From Ignavibacteria bacterium (GTDB taxonomy: Bacteria > Bacteroidota > Ignavibacteria > Kapaibacteriales > UBA2268): DNA of 64,000 bases. The notes under the pieces are model-generated. The model was given only the letters and a program-made list of their open reading frames with translations, ran no database searches and was not told the DNA's origin. The DNA lies in the NCBI GenBank assembly GCA_026416955.1, contig JAOAEE010000023.1, positions 21,122-85,121 of the forward strand, written 5' to 3'. Below, in pieces: positions 1-10,798 of the stretch (position 1 is its first letter; each line of letters opens with the position of its first letter). Position numbers and translations under genes: made by a program.

Positions 1-350
1 GCTTCCTCGGCTCTTTCCTTCGAAACTCCACCAACCTCGAACATTATTTTTCCTCTTTTAACAACAGCAACCCAAAACTCTGGCGAACCTTTCCCACTTC
101 CCATACGTGTTTCAAGTGGTTTTTTCGTAACTGGCTTATCTGGGAAAATTCGTATCCAGAGTTTACCTTCACGTTTAAGATACCTATTTATTGCAACACG
201 GGCAGCTTCGATTTGCCTATTAGTAATCCAAGAACCTTCAAGAGCTTTTAAGCCATATGTACCAAAGACAACAGTTGTCCCTCGGTTCGCAACCCCCCGA
301 ATTCTACCCCTTTGCGTTTTTCTATGCTTAACTCTTTTTGGTAATAACAT
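1..350 (-). CDS. rplP: 50S ribosomal protein L16 (partial; C-terminus lies beyond the window edge)
   Basis: My reverse-strand translation from the ATG at 350-348 reads [93 protein letters not shown]..., a classic L16 sequence. It follows rpsC in S10-operon order. It is absent from the ORF track because it is truncated. Confidence 0.9.
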   Translation of the reverse strand, partial: MLLPKRVKHRKTQRGRIRGVANRGTTVVFGTYGLKALEGSWITNRQIEAARVAINRYLKREGKLWIRIFPDKPVTKKPLETRMGSGKGSPEFWVAVVKRGKIMFEVGGVSKERAEE

Positions 351-367
351 AATTCACCTACTTATTA

Positions 368-1009
368 TTATGCCATTTGTGGTTTACCAAGGATTTCGCC
401 TCGGCAAATCCAAACTTTTACTCCAATACTTCCATATATTGTTTGAGCAACCGCAAAACCATAATCAATATCTGCTCGAAGTGTATGCAGTGGTATTCGT
501 CCATCCTTATATTGTTCCGAACGAGCCATTTCCGCACCACCAAGTCTTCCAGAGCATTGCACTTTTATACCAACCGCACCCATCTTCATTGCATTGCTGA
601 CAGCCATTTTCATAGCACGCCGGAACGACACTCTTCCTTCAATTTGGGCAGCAATATTTTCGGCTACTAAAATTGCCTCCAATTCTGGTTTCTTTACTTC
701 CGAAATTAAAATTTTAACTTCTTTGTTCGTTAGCCGCCGTATCTCTTCTTCCAATTTCGTAATTTCTTGTCCAGAGCGTCCAATAATCAGTCCCGGGCGA
801 GATGAATGAATAGTAATTCGCAATAATTTAGTAGTTCTTTCAATTACAATCCGGGAAACACCAGCTTTTCGCAACCGATTCTTAATATAGCTACGAACTT
901 TGATATCTTCGTGCAACTTTTCGGCAAAGTTCTGCTCGTCGAACCAATTTGCGTCCCAACCACGAATAATTCCTAAACGCAACCCGATTGGATTAGTTTT
1001 CTGTCCCAA
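368..1009 (-). CDS. rpsC: 30S ribosomal protein S3
   Basis: [14 protein letters not shown]... N-terminus, KH-domain region and S3 C-terminal domain. Sits in the S10-operon position between rplV and rplP. Confidence 0.97.
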   Translation of the reverse strand: MGQKTNPIGLRLGIIRGWDANWFDEQNFAEKLHEDIKVRSYIKNRLRKAGVSRIVIERTTKLLRITIHSSRPGLIIGRSGQEITKLEEEIRRLTNKEVKILISEVKKPELEAILVAENIAAQIEGRVSFRRAMKMAVSNAMKMGAVGIKVQCSGRLGGAEMARSEQYKDGRIPLHTLRADIDYGFAVAQTIYGSIGVKVWICRGEILGKPQMA

Positions 1010-1403
1010 CTTTTGCCTCCTTCTTTACCTTTGACTTAACTTCTTTGTTAACCGTCTTTGTTTCCAATTCATCGACAACAATGGTAATATGACAAGAGCG
1101 TTTTCGCAATCTATACGCCCTACCCATTGGTGCTGGAAGTATTCTTTTCAAAGTAACGCTTTGGTCTACGAAAGCTCTTTTGACAATTACATTTTCTGGG
1201 TCGACACTGCCACGGTCTTTTTTGTTTTCAAGATTAGAAATAGCAGAGCGAAGGACCCTTTCAACTTCAATTGCACCAGCTTTGGGGCAAAATTTCAACA
1301 GAGAAAGTGCTTCGCTGGCTTTTTTCCCTCGAATTAAATCCACAACCAATCTAACCTTTCGAGGGGACATTCTAAGAAACTTTTTTATAGCATATGCTTC
1401 CAT
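993..1403 (-). CDS. rplV: 50S ribosomal protein L22 (with a Lys-rich C-terminal tail)
   Basis: The translation ...[17 protein letters not shown]...HITIVV is typical of L22. Operon order supports the call. It overlaps the rpsC start by 17 nt. Confidence 0.95.
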   Translation of the reverse strand: MEAYAIKKFLRMSPRKVRLVVDLIRGKKASEALSLLKFCPKAGAIEVERVLRSAISNLENKKDRGSVDPENVIVKRAFVDQSVTLKRILPAPMGRAYRLRKRSCHITIVVDELETKTVNKEVKSKVKKEAKVGTEN

Positions 1404-1412
1404 CTTTCCTCC

Positions 1413-1706
1413 TTATTTCTTTTTTGCTGCCGCTTTTTGTTCTTTTCGGTGACCAGCGTGACCACGATATGTCCTCGTTGGAGCAAATTCCCCAAGTTTA
1501 TGCCCGACCATATTTTCCGTAATGTAAACGGGGATAAACTTATTACCGTTGTGAACAGCAAAAGTGTGTCCAACAAACTCTGGAACAATGGTAGATGCTC
1601 TGGACCAAGTTTTAATCACTTGCTTTTTTCTTGTTTGGTTCAAAGCTTCGACCTTTTTAAGCAATTTCCAATAAACATATACGCCTTTTTTTAATGACCT
1701 AGCCAT
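1413..1706 (-). CDS. rpsS: 30S ribosomal protein S19
   Basis: [11 protein letters not shown]...[27 protein letters not shown] is the canonical S19 sequence. Confidence 0.97.
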   Translation of the reverse strand: MARSLKKGVYVYWKLLKKVEALNQTRKKQVIKTWSRASTIVPEFVGHTFAVHNGNKFIPVYITENMVGHKLGEFAPTRTYRGHAGHRKEQKAAAKKK

Positions 1707-1721
1707 AATTTATACCACCAA

Positions 1722-2558
1722 TTAACCTTTTCTACGACGAATAATATATTTATCCGAAGGCTTGTTTTTCTTTCGAGTTTTCAAACCCTTTGCGAGTTGG
1801 CCCCAAGGAGAACGTGGATGCTGTCGACCTCCACCAGATTTAGAGCGGCCTTCGCCACCACCATTTGGATGGTCAATTGGGTTCATAGCCATTCCTCGGG
1901 TTTGTGGCCTTTCCCCAAGCCAGCGAGAACGACCAGCCTTCCCAAGCATAATATTTTCGTGGTCTGGATTACTCACCCTGCCTATTGTAGCGTAGCAAGT
2001 GTTTAAAATATTTCTAATTTCACCCGAAGGCATCTTAATCTGAGCATATCGTTCGTCCAAACCGACTAATTGAGCAAATACACCAGCGGAACGTGCAATT
2101 TGTCCCCCTTTTCCCGGTTTCATTTCGATATTATGAATGAACATACCAATAGGAATATTCTTTAAAGGAAGAGCATTGCCGTCTTTATATTCAGCATCGG
2201 GGCCAGCCATTAATTTTTCGCCAACTTTCAAGCCATCGGGCGCAAGTATGTATCGGTATTCCCCATCTTCATACTTCAAGAGTGCAATCCTTGCACTTCT
2301 ATTAGGGTCGTACTCTATTGTTTCAACGGTTGCTGGGATACCTCTTTTGTCACGTTTAAAATCAATAATTCTGTAACGCCTTTTATGTCGTCCCCCTCGG
2401 TGCCGAGAAGTAATTCTCCCAGTGTTATTCCTTCCACCTGTTCTTTTCAAAGGGACTACAAGTGGTTCATATGGTTTATCGGTTGTTATTTCTTCGAAAG
2501 TCGAAACCGAGTAAAATCTTGTTCCCGGTGTTATTGGTCTTAAAACTCTTATTCCCAT
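1722..2558 (-). CDS. rplB: 50S ribosomal protein L2
   Basis: 278 aa containing ...[19 protein letters not shown]... and ...[14 protein letters not shown]..., both L2 signatures. Confidence 0.97.
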   Translation of the reverse strand: MGIRVLRPITPGTRFYSVSTFEEITTDKPYEPLVVPLKRTGGRNNTGRITSRHRGGRHKRRYRIIDFKRDKRGIPATVETIEYDPNRSARIALLKYEDGEYRYILAPDGLKVGEKLMAGPDAEYKDGNALPLKNIPIGMFIHNIEMKPGKGGQIARSAGVFAQLVGLDERYAQIKMPSGEIRNILNTCYATIGRVSNPDHENIMLGKAGRSRWLGERPQTRGMAMNPIDHPNGGGEGRSKSGGGRQHPRSPWGQLAKGLKTRKKNKPSDKYIIRRRKG

Positions 2559-2570
2559 TTCATCACCTTA

Positions 2571-2867
2571 TTATTTTTCTGCCCCTGAAACTAATTCAAT
2601 CGAATAACCTTCCTTTAGAGTAACATAAGCTTTTTTCTTCAAAGGGGTTCGACCAAGCATAAAACCACGCTTTGTATATCTTCTACGAACTTTTCCCTTC
2701 ACGCGTACAGTTCGAACAGAGGCAACTTTAACTTCAAACATTTTTTCGACTGCCTGTTTTATCTGAATTTTATTGGCATTTGGGTCAACTTCGAACACAT
2801 ACTGCCTTTGCTCGCCCAATCTCATTGCCTTTTCTGTAATAATCGGTTTTCTAATAACCTCTATCAT
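2571..2867 (-). CDS. rplW: 50S ribosomal protein L23
   Basis: 98 aa with IRKPIITEKA... at the N-terminus. Lies between rplD and rplB. Confidence 0.95.
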   Translation of the reverse strand: MIEVIRKPIITEKAMRLGEQRQYVFEVDPNANKIQIKQAVEKMFEVKVASVRTVRVKGKVRRRYTKRGFMLGRTPLKKKAYVTLKEGYSIELVSGAEK

Positions 2868-2880
2868 TGTTGCCTCCTAA

Positions 2881-3507
2881 TCAATTAGGGAATGTAGATT
2901 GTAATTGCTCTATGGCACTCTTAAATACCAACAACTTCTTGTGTGCCAATATATGATAGGTCGAAACTTTAACTGCCTCCATAACAGTAAGCTTGTCGAT
3001 ATTTCGCGCTGAAAGATACAACGTTTGATTATTTTGTGGAAGCAGAACTAAGGTCTTTTCTCCGTTTAAGTTCAAGTTCTTCATAACTTGAAAGAATTCT
3101 TTGGTCTTTGGTTTTTCCATTTGGAAATCTTCGACAACAAGGAAATTACCTTCTTGCAATCGCAAAGAAAGTGCGCTTTTCCGAGCAAGTATTTTAAGCT
3201 TTTTATTTAACTTCATCGTGTAATCGCGGGGTTTCGGTCCGTGGATTGTACCACCGTGAACCCAAAGAGGAGACCTAATAGAACCAGCACGAGCAGTTCC
3301 GCGCCCTTTCTGCCTCCAAGGTTTTTTACCACCGCCTCTTACCTCCGACCTAACTTTTGTTTTATGTGTACCTTGCCTCTGATTTGCAAGGTATGCTACA
3401 ACCGCTAAATGCATTGAATGTTCGTGCGGTTCAATTGAAAAGATATCATCTCTCAATTCTATTTGGCCGACAACCTGACCTTCTTTTGAATATACATCCA
3501 CTAACAT
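2881..3507 (-). CDS. rplD: 50S ribosomal protein L4
   Basis: 208 aa with the RGGGKKPWRQKGRGTARAGSIRSPLWVHGG motif. Confidence 0.96.
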   Translation of the reverse strand: MLVDVYSKEGQVVGQIELRDDIFSIEPHEHSMHLAVVAYLANQRQGTHKTKVRSEVRGGGKKPWRQKGRGTARAGSIRSPLWVHGGTIHGPKPRDYTMKLNKKLKILARKSALSLRLQEGNFLVVEDFQMEKPKTKEFFQVMKNLNLNGEKTLVLLPQNNQTLYLSARNIDKLTVMEAVKVSTYHILAHKKLLVFKSAIEQLQSTFPN

Positions 3508-3514
3508 TTTTCGC

Positions 3515-4147
3515 CTACAACTTAACTATTTCCAATAATCCATTTATTGGTCCAGGCACACCACCTTTGACCAGCATTAAATTTTCGTCTGGAATAACTT
3601 CAACAACTTCCAAATTTCTAATCGTTACTCTCTTACCACCCATTCTCCCTGCCATACGCATCCCCTTGAATACACGCGAAGGGAAAGAGGAACCACCAAT
3701 AGAACCTGGTGCACGCACCCTGTCCGACTGACCGTGAGTTGTCATACCAACACCACCAAAATGGTGCCTTTTAACAACTCCCTGAAATCCACGACCTTTG
3801 CTTAACCCAGAAATTTTCACTTTGTCCCCTTTTTTGAACAGGTCTCCAACTCGAAGTACCGTTCCAGGAGAAAGAGAAGTATCAAGAACTCTGAATTCTT
3901 TTAAGTATCTAACTGGGTCAACACCAGCCTTTTTGAAGTGTCCCGTTTCTGGTTTATTTAAACTTTTCGGGGAAATTTTTTCAAAACCAATTTGAACAGA
4001 CTCATAACCATCGCGTTGAATGGTATTAACTTTTATCACTGGGCAGGGTCCGGCTTCGATTACAGTAACGGGAATCTGCTCCCCTTTTTCTGTAAAATAA
4101 CTCGTCATACCCAGCTTTTTTCCTAAAAGTGCTGCACCCATTTCCAA
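3515..4147 (-). CDS. rplC: 50S ribosomal protein L3
   Basis: LLGKKLGMTSYF...FKGMRMAGRMG... is an L3 signature. The start may be the second Met at 4141. Confidence 0.95.
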   Translation of the reverse strand: MEMGAALLGKKLGMTSYFTEKGEQIPVTVIEAGPCPVIKVNTIQRDGYESVQIGFEKISPKSLNKPETGHFKKAGVDPVRYLKEFRVLDTSLSPGTVLRVGDLFKKGDKVKISGLSKGRGFQGVVKRHHFGGVGMTTHGQSDRVRAPGSIGGSSFPSRVFKGMRMAGRMGGKRVTIRNLEVVEVIPDENLMLVKGGVPGPINGLLEIVKL

Positions 4148-4149
4148 AC

Positions 4150-4461
4150 CTATACTTTTACTTCTACATCAACACCTGCAGGGAGTTCAAGTTTCATTAA
4201 AGCATCTATTGTTCTTTGGGAAGTGCTATAAATATCTATTAACCTTTTATGAACTCGCAATTCGAATTGTTCCCGTGATTTTTTATCTACGTGTGGCGAC
4301 CTATTGACAGTAAAAATACTTCTTTTAGTGGGTAGTGGAATAGGACCAGACACTAAAGCACCGGTCTGTTTCACTGTCCGCACTATTCTTTCAGCAGACT
4401 TATCAATTAAATAGTGGTCAAACGATTTTAACTTAATTCTTATTTTCTGAGTAGTTGCCAC
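4150..4461 (-). CDS. rpsJ: 30S ribosomal protein S10
   Basis: The translation [18 protein letters not shown]...[14 protein letters not shown] is S10. It has a GTG start preceded by AGGAG. Confidence 0.96.
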   Translation of the reverse strand: MATTQKIRIKLKSFDHYLIDKSAERIVRTVKQTGALVSGPIPLPTKRSIFTVNRSPHVDKKSREQFELRVHKRLIDIYSTSQRTIDALMKLELPAGVDVEVKV

Positions 4462-4505
4462 TTTTTTCTCCTAAAATTAACAGACTTGCTCAATCAGAGC
4501 AATTT

Positions 4506-5717
4506 TTATTCAATAATTTTTGTAACAACACCAGCACCTACTGTTCTTCCACCTTCTCGAATAGCAAATCGAAGTCCTTCTTCCATAGCAACTGGAGTAA
4601 TCAGTTCAATTGTAATATTATCCAAGTTGTCGCCGGGCATAACCATATCGACACCTTCTGGCAACTTAATAACGCCAGTAACATCAGTAGTTCGGAAATA
4701 AAATTGGGGCCTATATCCCGAGAAAAATGGAGTATGGCGACCACCTTCTTCTTTTTTCAACACGTAAACTTGAGCATTAAACTTAGTATGGGGAGTTATT
4801 GTTCCTGGTTTTGCAATCACCATACCTCTTTCAAGTTCATCTTTGTCAATTCCTCTTAACAACAAGCCAACATTATCGCCAGCAACGCCTTCGTCCAAAA
4901 TTTTTCGGAACATTTCAATACCCGTAACTGTGGTCTTCTTGTGCAACCCAAATCCGACAATTTCGACTTCCTCGTTCAATCGGATTATCCCTCGTTCAAT
5001 TCTTCCGGTTCCGACTGTTCCTCGGCCAGTAATTGAAAAAACATCTTCAACAGGCATTAAGAAAGGTTTATCAATATCCCTTTGCGGAGTAGGAATAAAA
5101 TTATCAACAGCATCCATTAATTCGTAAATGCATTGCAATCTTGGGTCATCGGGTCCAGCATTTGGGTCCAAACCGGCTTGCATAGCTAAAAGCGCAGAAC
5201 CACGGATAATTGGTACATCATCGCCCGGAAATTCATATTTATTTAATAATTCTCGTACTTCCATTTCAATAAGGTCGATTAGCTCTGGATCGGCAATATC
5301 CACTTTATTCAAGAAAACAACAATATATGGAACATTAACTTGGCGAGCAAGAAGAACGTGCTCACGAGTTTGTGGCATTGGACCATCGTCGGCAGCAACA
5401 ACAAGAATAGCACCGTCCATTTGTGCAGCACCTGTAATCATATTCTTAATATAATCGGCGTGTCCCGGGCAATCTACGTGGGCATAATGTCTTTTCTCTG
5501 TTTCATACTCAACATGAGCCGTGTTAATTGTAATACCCCGAGCTCTTTCTTCTGGTGCATTATCAATTGAATCAAATGTTCGGACTTGCGTATTTGTTCC
5601 TTTCTTTGCAAGAGCCATTGTAATTGCAGCAGTAAGCGTAGTCTTACCATGGTCAATATGACCAATGGTTCCAATGTTAATATGAGGTTTTGTCCTTGCG
5701 AATTTCTCTTTTGCCAT
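4506..5717 (-). CDS. tuf: elongation factor Tu
   Basis: 403 aa with [18 protein letters not shown] and NKVD G-motifs. Sits in the fusA-tuf-rpsJ position. Confidence 0.98.
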   Translation of the reverse strand: MAKEKFARTKPHINIGTIGHIDHGKTTLTAAITMALAKKGTNTQVRTFDSIDNAPEERARGITINTAHVEYETEKRHYAHVDCPGHADYIKNMITGAAQMDGAILVVAADDGPMPQTREHVLLARQVNVPYIVVFLNKVDIADPELIDLIEMEVRELLNKYEFPGDDVPIIRGSALLAMQAGLDPNAGPDDPRLQCIYELMDAVDNFIPTPQRDIDKPFLMPVEDVFSITGRGTVGTGRIERGIIRLNEEVEIVGFGLHKKTTVTGIEMFRKILDEGVAGDNVGLLLRGIDKDELERGMVIAKPGTITPHTKFNAQVYVLKKEEGGRHTPFFSGYRPQFYFRTTDVTGVIKLPEGVDMVMPGDNLDNITIELITPVAMEEGLRFAIREGGRTVGAGVVTKIIE

Positions 5718-5784
5718 TTTTAAACTCCTTAATTAAACCAACAAAAAATTATATTTTAATTCTAACATACTAATTTTATCCATC

Positions 5785-7842
5785 TTAAAAGAAAGACTTT
5801 TGTTCTACAACGGGTTCATAATGAGAAAACTCCATAGAATAAGAGGCTCTGCCTTGGCTCAACGACCTTAAATCGGTGACGTATCCGAACATTTGGGATA
5901 ATGGAGCAATCCCTTTAATTATTTGGAAATTGCTTCTATGCTCAATGGAATCAATTTTACCTTTCCTAGAATTAAAATCGGCAATAATATCGCCAACATA
6001 ATCCTCTGGTGAAACAATTTCCACTTTAAACACTGGTTCCAACAAAATAGATTTAGATTTTCTTAGCCCCTCTCGAACTGCCATTGAAGAAGCAATCTTA
6101 TAACCAAGTTCTGTATAAAATTCTTTTTCATATTTACCATCAACTATCTCTACACCAACATCGGTCAGTGGATAACCTAGAAAACCTATTTGCAAACCTT
6201 CTTTGATTCCCTCTTCAATGGAGTTCCAATATTGCTTCGGAATAATTTGTTCGGTTATTAAAAATTCTATCTTATTACCAGTTCCACGACTCCTCGGGGT
6301 TATTCGCAATTTAACATATCCAAATTGATTCCTACCACTAATTTGTTTATCAAACAAATAATCCTGCAAAATTTCTTGGGTTATTGTTTCTCTATAAGAA
6401 ACTTGTGGCTTACCTATTCTAACTTCCAAATTATGTTCGCGTTTTAATCTATCAACAATAATTTCGAGTTGAAGTTCTCCAACCCCACTAATTATTATTT
6501 CACCACTCTCTTCGTCATTTGTAAATCGAAAAGTTGGGTCTTCATCTACAAATTTATTTAAGCATTCTATCAACTTATCGCGGTCTTGTTGTGTTTTTGC
6601 TTCGATTCTTTGATTAATTACGGGTTCAGCAAAGGTTATTTTCTCGAATAAAATTTTATTCTTTTCATCACAAAGTGTATCGCCTGTCTTAGTTACTCTT
6701 AAATCCGGGAATGCAACAATTTCGCCGCTAAAAACTTCAGAAATTTCTTCTTTACGGTTAGCATAAAGCCGCATTATTTTCTGAATTCGCTCTCTTTTCC
6801 CAGCATTAGAGTTAAAAACAGAATCCCCAACTTTTAAAGTTCCAGAATAAATTCGAACGAAAGTCAATTTCTTTAAGTATGGGTCGGAAATAATTTTAAA
6901 AGCCAGAGCAGAAAAAGGTTCATCGTCCTTTGCTTTTCGATTAATTTTTCTCTCGTGATTATTGAAATCGTAACCCCAAAACAAACCAATATCCGATGGT
7001 GAAGGTAAATACTTTATCACAGCATCGAGCAATGGTTGAACCCCAATATACTTTTTCGAAGAACCACAAAGAACTGGAACCAATTGATTCGAAATGGTCG
7101 CCTTACGCAACCCCTTTTCTATCTGTTCAGTACTCAAGGTTCCATTTTCAAGATAAAAGTTCAACAATTCATCGTCGGTTTCGGCAACTGCATCAACAAG
7201 TTTTTCCCTCCACTCCTTGGCAATTTCCAACATATTTTCGGGAATATCATCAAAAGTATATCTAAATCCTTTAGTTTCTTCATCAAAATATATTGCTTTC
7301 TGCTGAATTAAATCAACAACACCAACAAACTCATCTTCGGAACCAATTGGCAATTCAACAACAACGGGCTTTGCATTCAATTTTTCTCTCATCATAGCAA
7401 TAACCCGAAAGAAATCAGCCCCTAAGCGGTCCATTTTATTCACATAAGCAATTCGGGGAACATTATACATATCGGCTTGGTGCCAGACGGTCTCCGATTG
7501 TGGTTCAACCCCGCCAACAGCACAAAAAATTGCAATTGCTCCATCGAGGACTCGCAAGGAGCGTTGAACCTCGGCTGTAAAATCTACGTGACCCGGCGTA
7601 TCAATTAAGTTAATTTGATGGTCCCTCCAATGAAAAGTAGTAGCAGCAGAAGTAATAGTGATTCCTCTTTCTTTTTCTTGTTCCATATAATCCATAAAGG
7701 CGGTGCCATCGTCTACTTCGCCAGGCCTATGTAAGAAACCCGTGTAGAACAAAAATCTTTCTGTAGTGGTTGTTTTCCCCGCGTCAATGTGTGCCATTAT
7801 TCCTATGTTACGAACTTTTTCAATTTCTACCTTGCGGGGCAT
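5785..7842 (-). CDS. fusA: elongation factor G, str-operon copy, with a divergent domain IV tip
   Basis: 685 aa with [17 protein letters not shown] and NKMD motifs. Sits in the rpsG-fusA-tuf slot. The domain IV loop reads [14 protein letters not shown] instead of the usual QSGGxGQ(Y/F)GH. Confidence 0.9.
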   Translation of the reverse strand: MPRKVEIEKVRNIGIMAHIDAGKTTTTERFLFYTGFLHRPGEVDDGTAFMDYMEQEKERGITITSAATTFHWRDHQINLIDTPGHVDFTAEVQRSLRVLDGAIAIFCAVGGVEPQSETVWHQADMYNVPRIAYVNKMDRLGADFFRVIAMMREKLNAKPVVVELPIGSEDEFVGVVDLIQQKAIYFDEETKGFRYTFDDIPENMLEIAKEWREKLVDAVAETDDELLNFYLENGTLSTEQIEKGLRKATISNQLVPVLCGSSKKYIGVQPLLDAVIKYLPSPSDIGLFWGYDFNNHERKINRKAKDDEPFSALAFKIISDPYLKKLTFVRIYSGTLKVGDSVFNSNAGKRERIQKIMRLYANRKEEISEVFSGEIVAFPDLRVTKTGDTLCDEKNKILFEKITFAEPVINQRIEAKTQQDRDKLIECLNKFVDEDPTFRFTNDEESGEIIISGVGELQLEIIVDRLKREHNLEVRIGKPQVSYRETITQEILQDYLFDKQISGRNQFGYVKLRITPRSRGTGNKIEFLITEQIIPKQYWNSIEEGIKEGLQIGFLGYPLTDVGVEIVDGKYEKEFYTELGYKIASSMAVREGLRKSKSILLEPVFKVEIVSPEDYVGDIIADFNSRKGKIDSIEHRSNFQIIKGIAPLSQMFGYVTDLRSLSQGRASYSMEFSHYEPVVEQKSFF

Positions 7843-7887
7843 AACACACTACCAGCACTTCAATTTACAAAGAACAAACATAATTGT

Positions 7888-8355
7888 TTACCACTTGAAA
7901 TGAGCAAAAGCTTTGTTAGCTTCCGCCATTCGGTGCGTATCTTCGCGCTTCTTGACAGAGGCACCTTCACCATTGGCCGCAGCGATAATTTCGGAGGCTA
8001 AACGCGCGCTCATAGATTTGTCTTTTCTTTGCTTTGCGAACATTCTCAACCAGCGAAGTGCCAAGGAAATCCTTCGGTCTTCACGCACTTCAACAGGAAC
8101 TTGATAGGTTGCACCACCAATTCGCCGAGAGCGTACTTCGATTAATGGAGCAACATTAGAAACGGCCTTTCGGAATACATCCAAAGGATTTTGCTTCGTT
8201 TTATGTCCGATAATTTCCAATGCACCATAAACAATCTTTCTTGCAATACTCTTTTTACCCTTCCTTAAAACGGTATTTATCATCCTTGCAACGAGTATAT
8301 CGTTGTATTTCGGGTCGGGTTGTAATGGTCTTTTTTCTGCTCTCTTTTTTCTCAT
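7888..8355 (-). CDS. rpsG: 30S ribosomal protein S7
   Basis: 155 aa containing ...[15 protein letters not shown]...[11 protein letters not shown]...AFAHFKW. Confidence 0.97.
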   Translation of the reverse strand: MRKKRAEKRPLQPDPKYNDILVARMINTVLRKGKKSIARKIVYGALEIIGHKTKQNPLDVFRKAVSNVAPLIEVRSRRIGGATYQVPVEVREDRRISLALRWLRMFAKQRKDKSMSARLASEIIAAANGEGASVKKREDTHRMAEANKAFAHFKW

Positions 8356-8370
8356 TTTATCTACAACCTA

Positions 8371-8757
8371 TTATTTTGCAACTGTCTGCTTGGGTCGTTT
8401 TGTGCCATATTTAGAACGACCTTGTTTTCTTCCGTCAACTCCTTGAGTGTCGGCAACACCACGAACAATATGGTAGCGAACGCCAGGTAAATCCTTCACT
8501 CGGCCACCACGAACATAAACTATCGAGTGCTCTTGAAGATTATGTCCTTCCCCGGGTATATAAGCAATAACTTCGTAGCCAGAACTTAATCGAACTTTTG
8601 CAACCTTCCTCAACGCAGAGTTTGGTTTCTTTGGGGTTGTTGTGTAAACACGAGTACAAACTCCACGCCTTTGCGGGCAAGATGCCAACGCCGGCGATTT
8701 ACTTTTCTTAATAATCCGTTTCCTCGGTTTTCTTACTAATTGACTTATCGTTGGCAC
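8371..8757 (-). CDS. rpsL: 30S ribosomal protein S12
   Basis: [12 protein letters not shown]...[12 protein letters not shown]...[15 protein letters not shown]. The GTG start has GGAG 7 nt upstream. Confidence 0.97.
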   Translation of the reverse strand: MPTISQLVRKPRKRIIKKSKSPALASCPQRRGVCTRVYTTTPKKPNSALRKVAKVRLSSGYEVIAYIPGEGHNLQEHSIVYVRGGRVKDLPGVRYHIVRGVADTQGVDGRKQGRSKYGTKRPKQTVAK

Positions 8758-8806
8758 TCAACTACTCCTAAATCTAAATACAAAAAATTAAAAAAAGAGA
8801 CTACAA

Positions 8807-8820
8807 AATTACAAAAAAAA
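8807..8820. repeat. left copy of the 14-nt direct repeat AAATTACAAAAAAA flanking the R-M cassette
   Basis: Exact match to 10780-10793, read directly from the sequence. It lies in the spacer between the nuclease stop and the rpsL start. Confidence 0.6.
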
Positions 8821-8850
8821 TTAATTCACAAAATATTTAACAAAAATTTT

Positions 8851-9858
8851 TTAAAAAATTATCTTTAATATCAAGATTTCTATTGCTATGTATCTTAATT
8901 TGATGAAATGAATTATTTTATTCCAATTAATTGTAAATTTTCCAACTCTATTATCAATTTTTTTCCAAGAAGATAGAATATCCAATTCCTTCAAAATTCT
9001 TCTAATGTCTCTCAAATCACGAATAATATTAGTATTTTTTGTTGCTAACTTTTCTTTAATTATCTCCTCTGATAACAATCTATCGAAATGGTTCACACTT
9101 TCAAAAACATCGTATTTATCATTTAGCATTTGTATAATTCCTACGATATCTATATAATTTCCCTCTAATAAAAATAACTTTCTAAAAAACTCTTTCAGTT
9201 TTTCAAAATCTTCCGAATTAATAGACAAAAGTTCCTTTCCAAGATTAGAAACCCTGTTTAGAGAAAAATCAAATAGCTTTAAGTCTCTTATGAGCAATTT
9301 TGTGTTAAGAATATTTGATTGTTTAGAACTTTTCCACTTTCTTATTTTGGTGAGAGAAGTCCAAAGAATGTTATCTAAGTCTTGCTTTTTTGTAAAATTT
9401 TCACTTGAGTTTACTAATTCTTTTAAAATAAAATAGATTTCGTTAATTTTTAAATCCCGATAATAGGCATAACCTCTCTTAATATTTTCTTTTTCCACGA
9501 GAATTTGGGGTTGAAATATTGGCTCCCTGATAACTTCAACATTTTGGTAATCCACAGCAAGAATTCCAACATATTCTGGCCAAAGCCATTTTTCCAGTTC
9601 CAAAAATTCCTTTTTTGGCAAAGCAAGATATGATTTTTCAGAATGCCTACAAAAAGCTATAGCTTGTCCAAGCCCGGTTAGATATTCCCTACGACTAGCG
9701 TGGCTTGGTTTGCATTCAATCAATGCTATTGTACCATCCACAAACTGAACAGTAATATCAGGAACTGGAAAGGAAAAAGAATATCTTGATACAATCTCAA
9801 CCTCTGGTTTAATTTTAAACCAATTGGAGACAGTTTGAACTACTTCAAAATGGGTCAT
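8851..9858 (-). CDS. putative type II restriction endonuclease: N-terminal PD-(D/E)XK domain plus an uncharacterised helical C-terminal domain
   Basis: 335 aa. The segment ...FPVPDITVQFVDGTIALIECKP... fits the PD...(E)xK nuclease motif. Its ATG shares one base with the upstream MTase stop (TAATG). The gene is very AT-rich: my counts on two 60-nt lines give 17% and 23% GC. Confidence 0.55.
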   Translation of the reverse strand: MTHFEVVQTVSNWFKIKPEVEIVSRYSFSFPVPDITVQFVDGTIALIECKPSHASRREYLTGLGQAIAFCRHSEKSYLALPKKEFLELEKWLWPEYVGILAVDYQNVEVIREPIFQPQILVEKENIKRGYAYYRDLKINEIYFILKELVNSSENFTKKQDLDNILWTSLTKIRKWKSSKQSNILNTKLLIRDLKLFDFSLNRVSNLGKELLSINSEDFEKLKEFFRKLFLLEGNYIDIVGIIQMLNDKYDVFESVNHFDRLLSEEIIKEKLATKNTNIIRDLRDIRRILKELDILSSWKKIDNRVGKFTINWNKIIHFIKLRYIAIEILILKIIF

Positions 9859-10748
9859 TAAGACTTTTTAAAAATTAACACATAATCGTGATTGCAAATG
9901 AAATAATTTGAGCGCAAGGCTCTATACTTGTTAATGTTTATTTTACCTTGTCTGGATGTTGCAAACCTGGTTACCTTAATTATTTTTGCATAAAATTCAA
10001 ATCCAGTGTCCATTCCAATTTTTGTGGCATAGAAATCTAAAGGAATAGTTTTACCCCCTTTTTTAAAATCTTCACCAATTAACACACAAAAAAATTTCCC
10101 TGTTTTTAACAGCTCAAATACACCAGAAAAAACCAATTTCAATTTATCCAAGAAGCTTTCTAATGATGTTTCTTCGGATAAGTCGCCCGGTGCATTCCCA
10201 TATTCTTGGCTATATTTAACCAATTCCCAGTATGGTGGATGGGCAAAACAAAAATCAAAACTTTCCTTCTGAAAACCAAATTCCATTAACTTCGTGGAGT
10301 CTCCAATTATGATTTTTTGTTGGTCGAACCAATATTTTAACTCATCATCACCAAATTCTAACTTTTGTGATTCTAAATTTGATTTTGCAATTTCAACAAT
10401 TCTCGGGTTAATTTCAATTCCAATTGCTCTTCTTTTTAAATGTGCGGAAACAACTAATGTCGTTCCCGAACCACAAAAAGGGTCTAAAACTAAATCACCT
10501 TGCTTTGTAAACCTAAACAAACACTGCCTTGGAATTTCCACAGGTGAGTTTCCGTGAATTGTGTTTTTTGTCCAATTATAAGGGTCTCTCTCTGGTGTGT
10601 CCCAAATTGTGAAAAATTGTAAATTTAATTTCTCTTCATATTCACGCCATTTTTCAGGTTCCAGTTCATTAACACTCCCATTAATAGTTTTCGAATTGTT
10701 TATTATTTTCTTTTCAACTTTATCCTCGGTTTCAAAAAGCTTTTCCAT
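9858..10748 (-). CDS. DNA methyltransferase (N6/N4 amino-MTase family) with the SAM motif upstream of the catalytic motif
   Basis: 296 aa. HGNSPVEIPRQCLFRFTKQGDLVLDPFCGSGTTLVVSAHLKRRAIGIEIN matches the motif X/I block typical of N6_N4 MTases. It is followed by IIIGDSTKL...FDFCFAHPPYW, a motif IV-like xPPY. Confidence 0.8.
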   Translation of the reverse strand: MEKLFETEDKVEKKIINNSKTINGSVNELEPEKWREYEEKLNLQFFTIWDTPERDPYNWTKNTIHGNSPVEIPRQCLFRFTKQGDLVLDPFCGSGTTLVVSAHLKRRAIGIEINPRIVEIAKSNLESQKLEFGDDELKYWFDQQKIIIGDSTKLMEFGFQKESFDFCFAHPPYWELVKYSQEYGNAPGDLSEETSLESFLDKLKLVFSGVFELLKTGKFFCVLIGEDFKKGGKTIPLDFYATKIGMDTGFEFYAKIIKVTRFATSRQGKININKYRALRSNYFICNHDYVLIFKKS

Positions 10749-10779
10749 TTATTTTATTTTCCAAAAATCAAACGATATT

Positions 10780-10793
10780 AAATTACAAAAAAA
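10780..10793. repeat. right copy of the 14-nt direct repeat AAATTACAAAAAAA
   Basis: Exact match to 8807-8820. It lies in the 50-nt spacer between the EF-G paralog stop and the MTase start. Confidence 0.6.
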
Positions 10794-10798
10794 CTTTA

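Noticed and set aside
8758-8850. Bacteroidetes-type TAnnTTTG promoter element (TAATTTTG on the minus strand at 8805-8812) upstream of rpsL, and a similar TATTTTTG at 24962-24969
   Set aside because: In spacers this AT-rich, the motif is expected by chance. The genome also uses clear Shine-Dalgarno sites, so it may not follow Bacteroidetes promoter rules. It cannot be supported without transcription start data.
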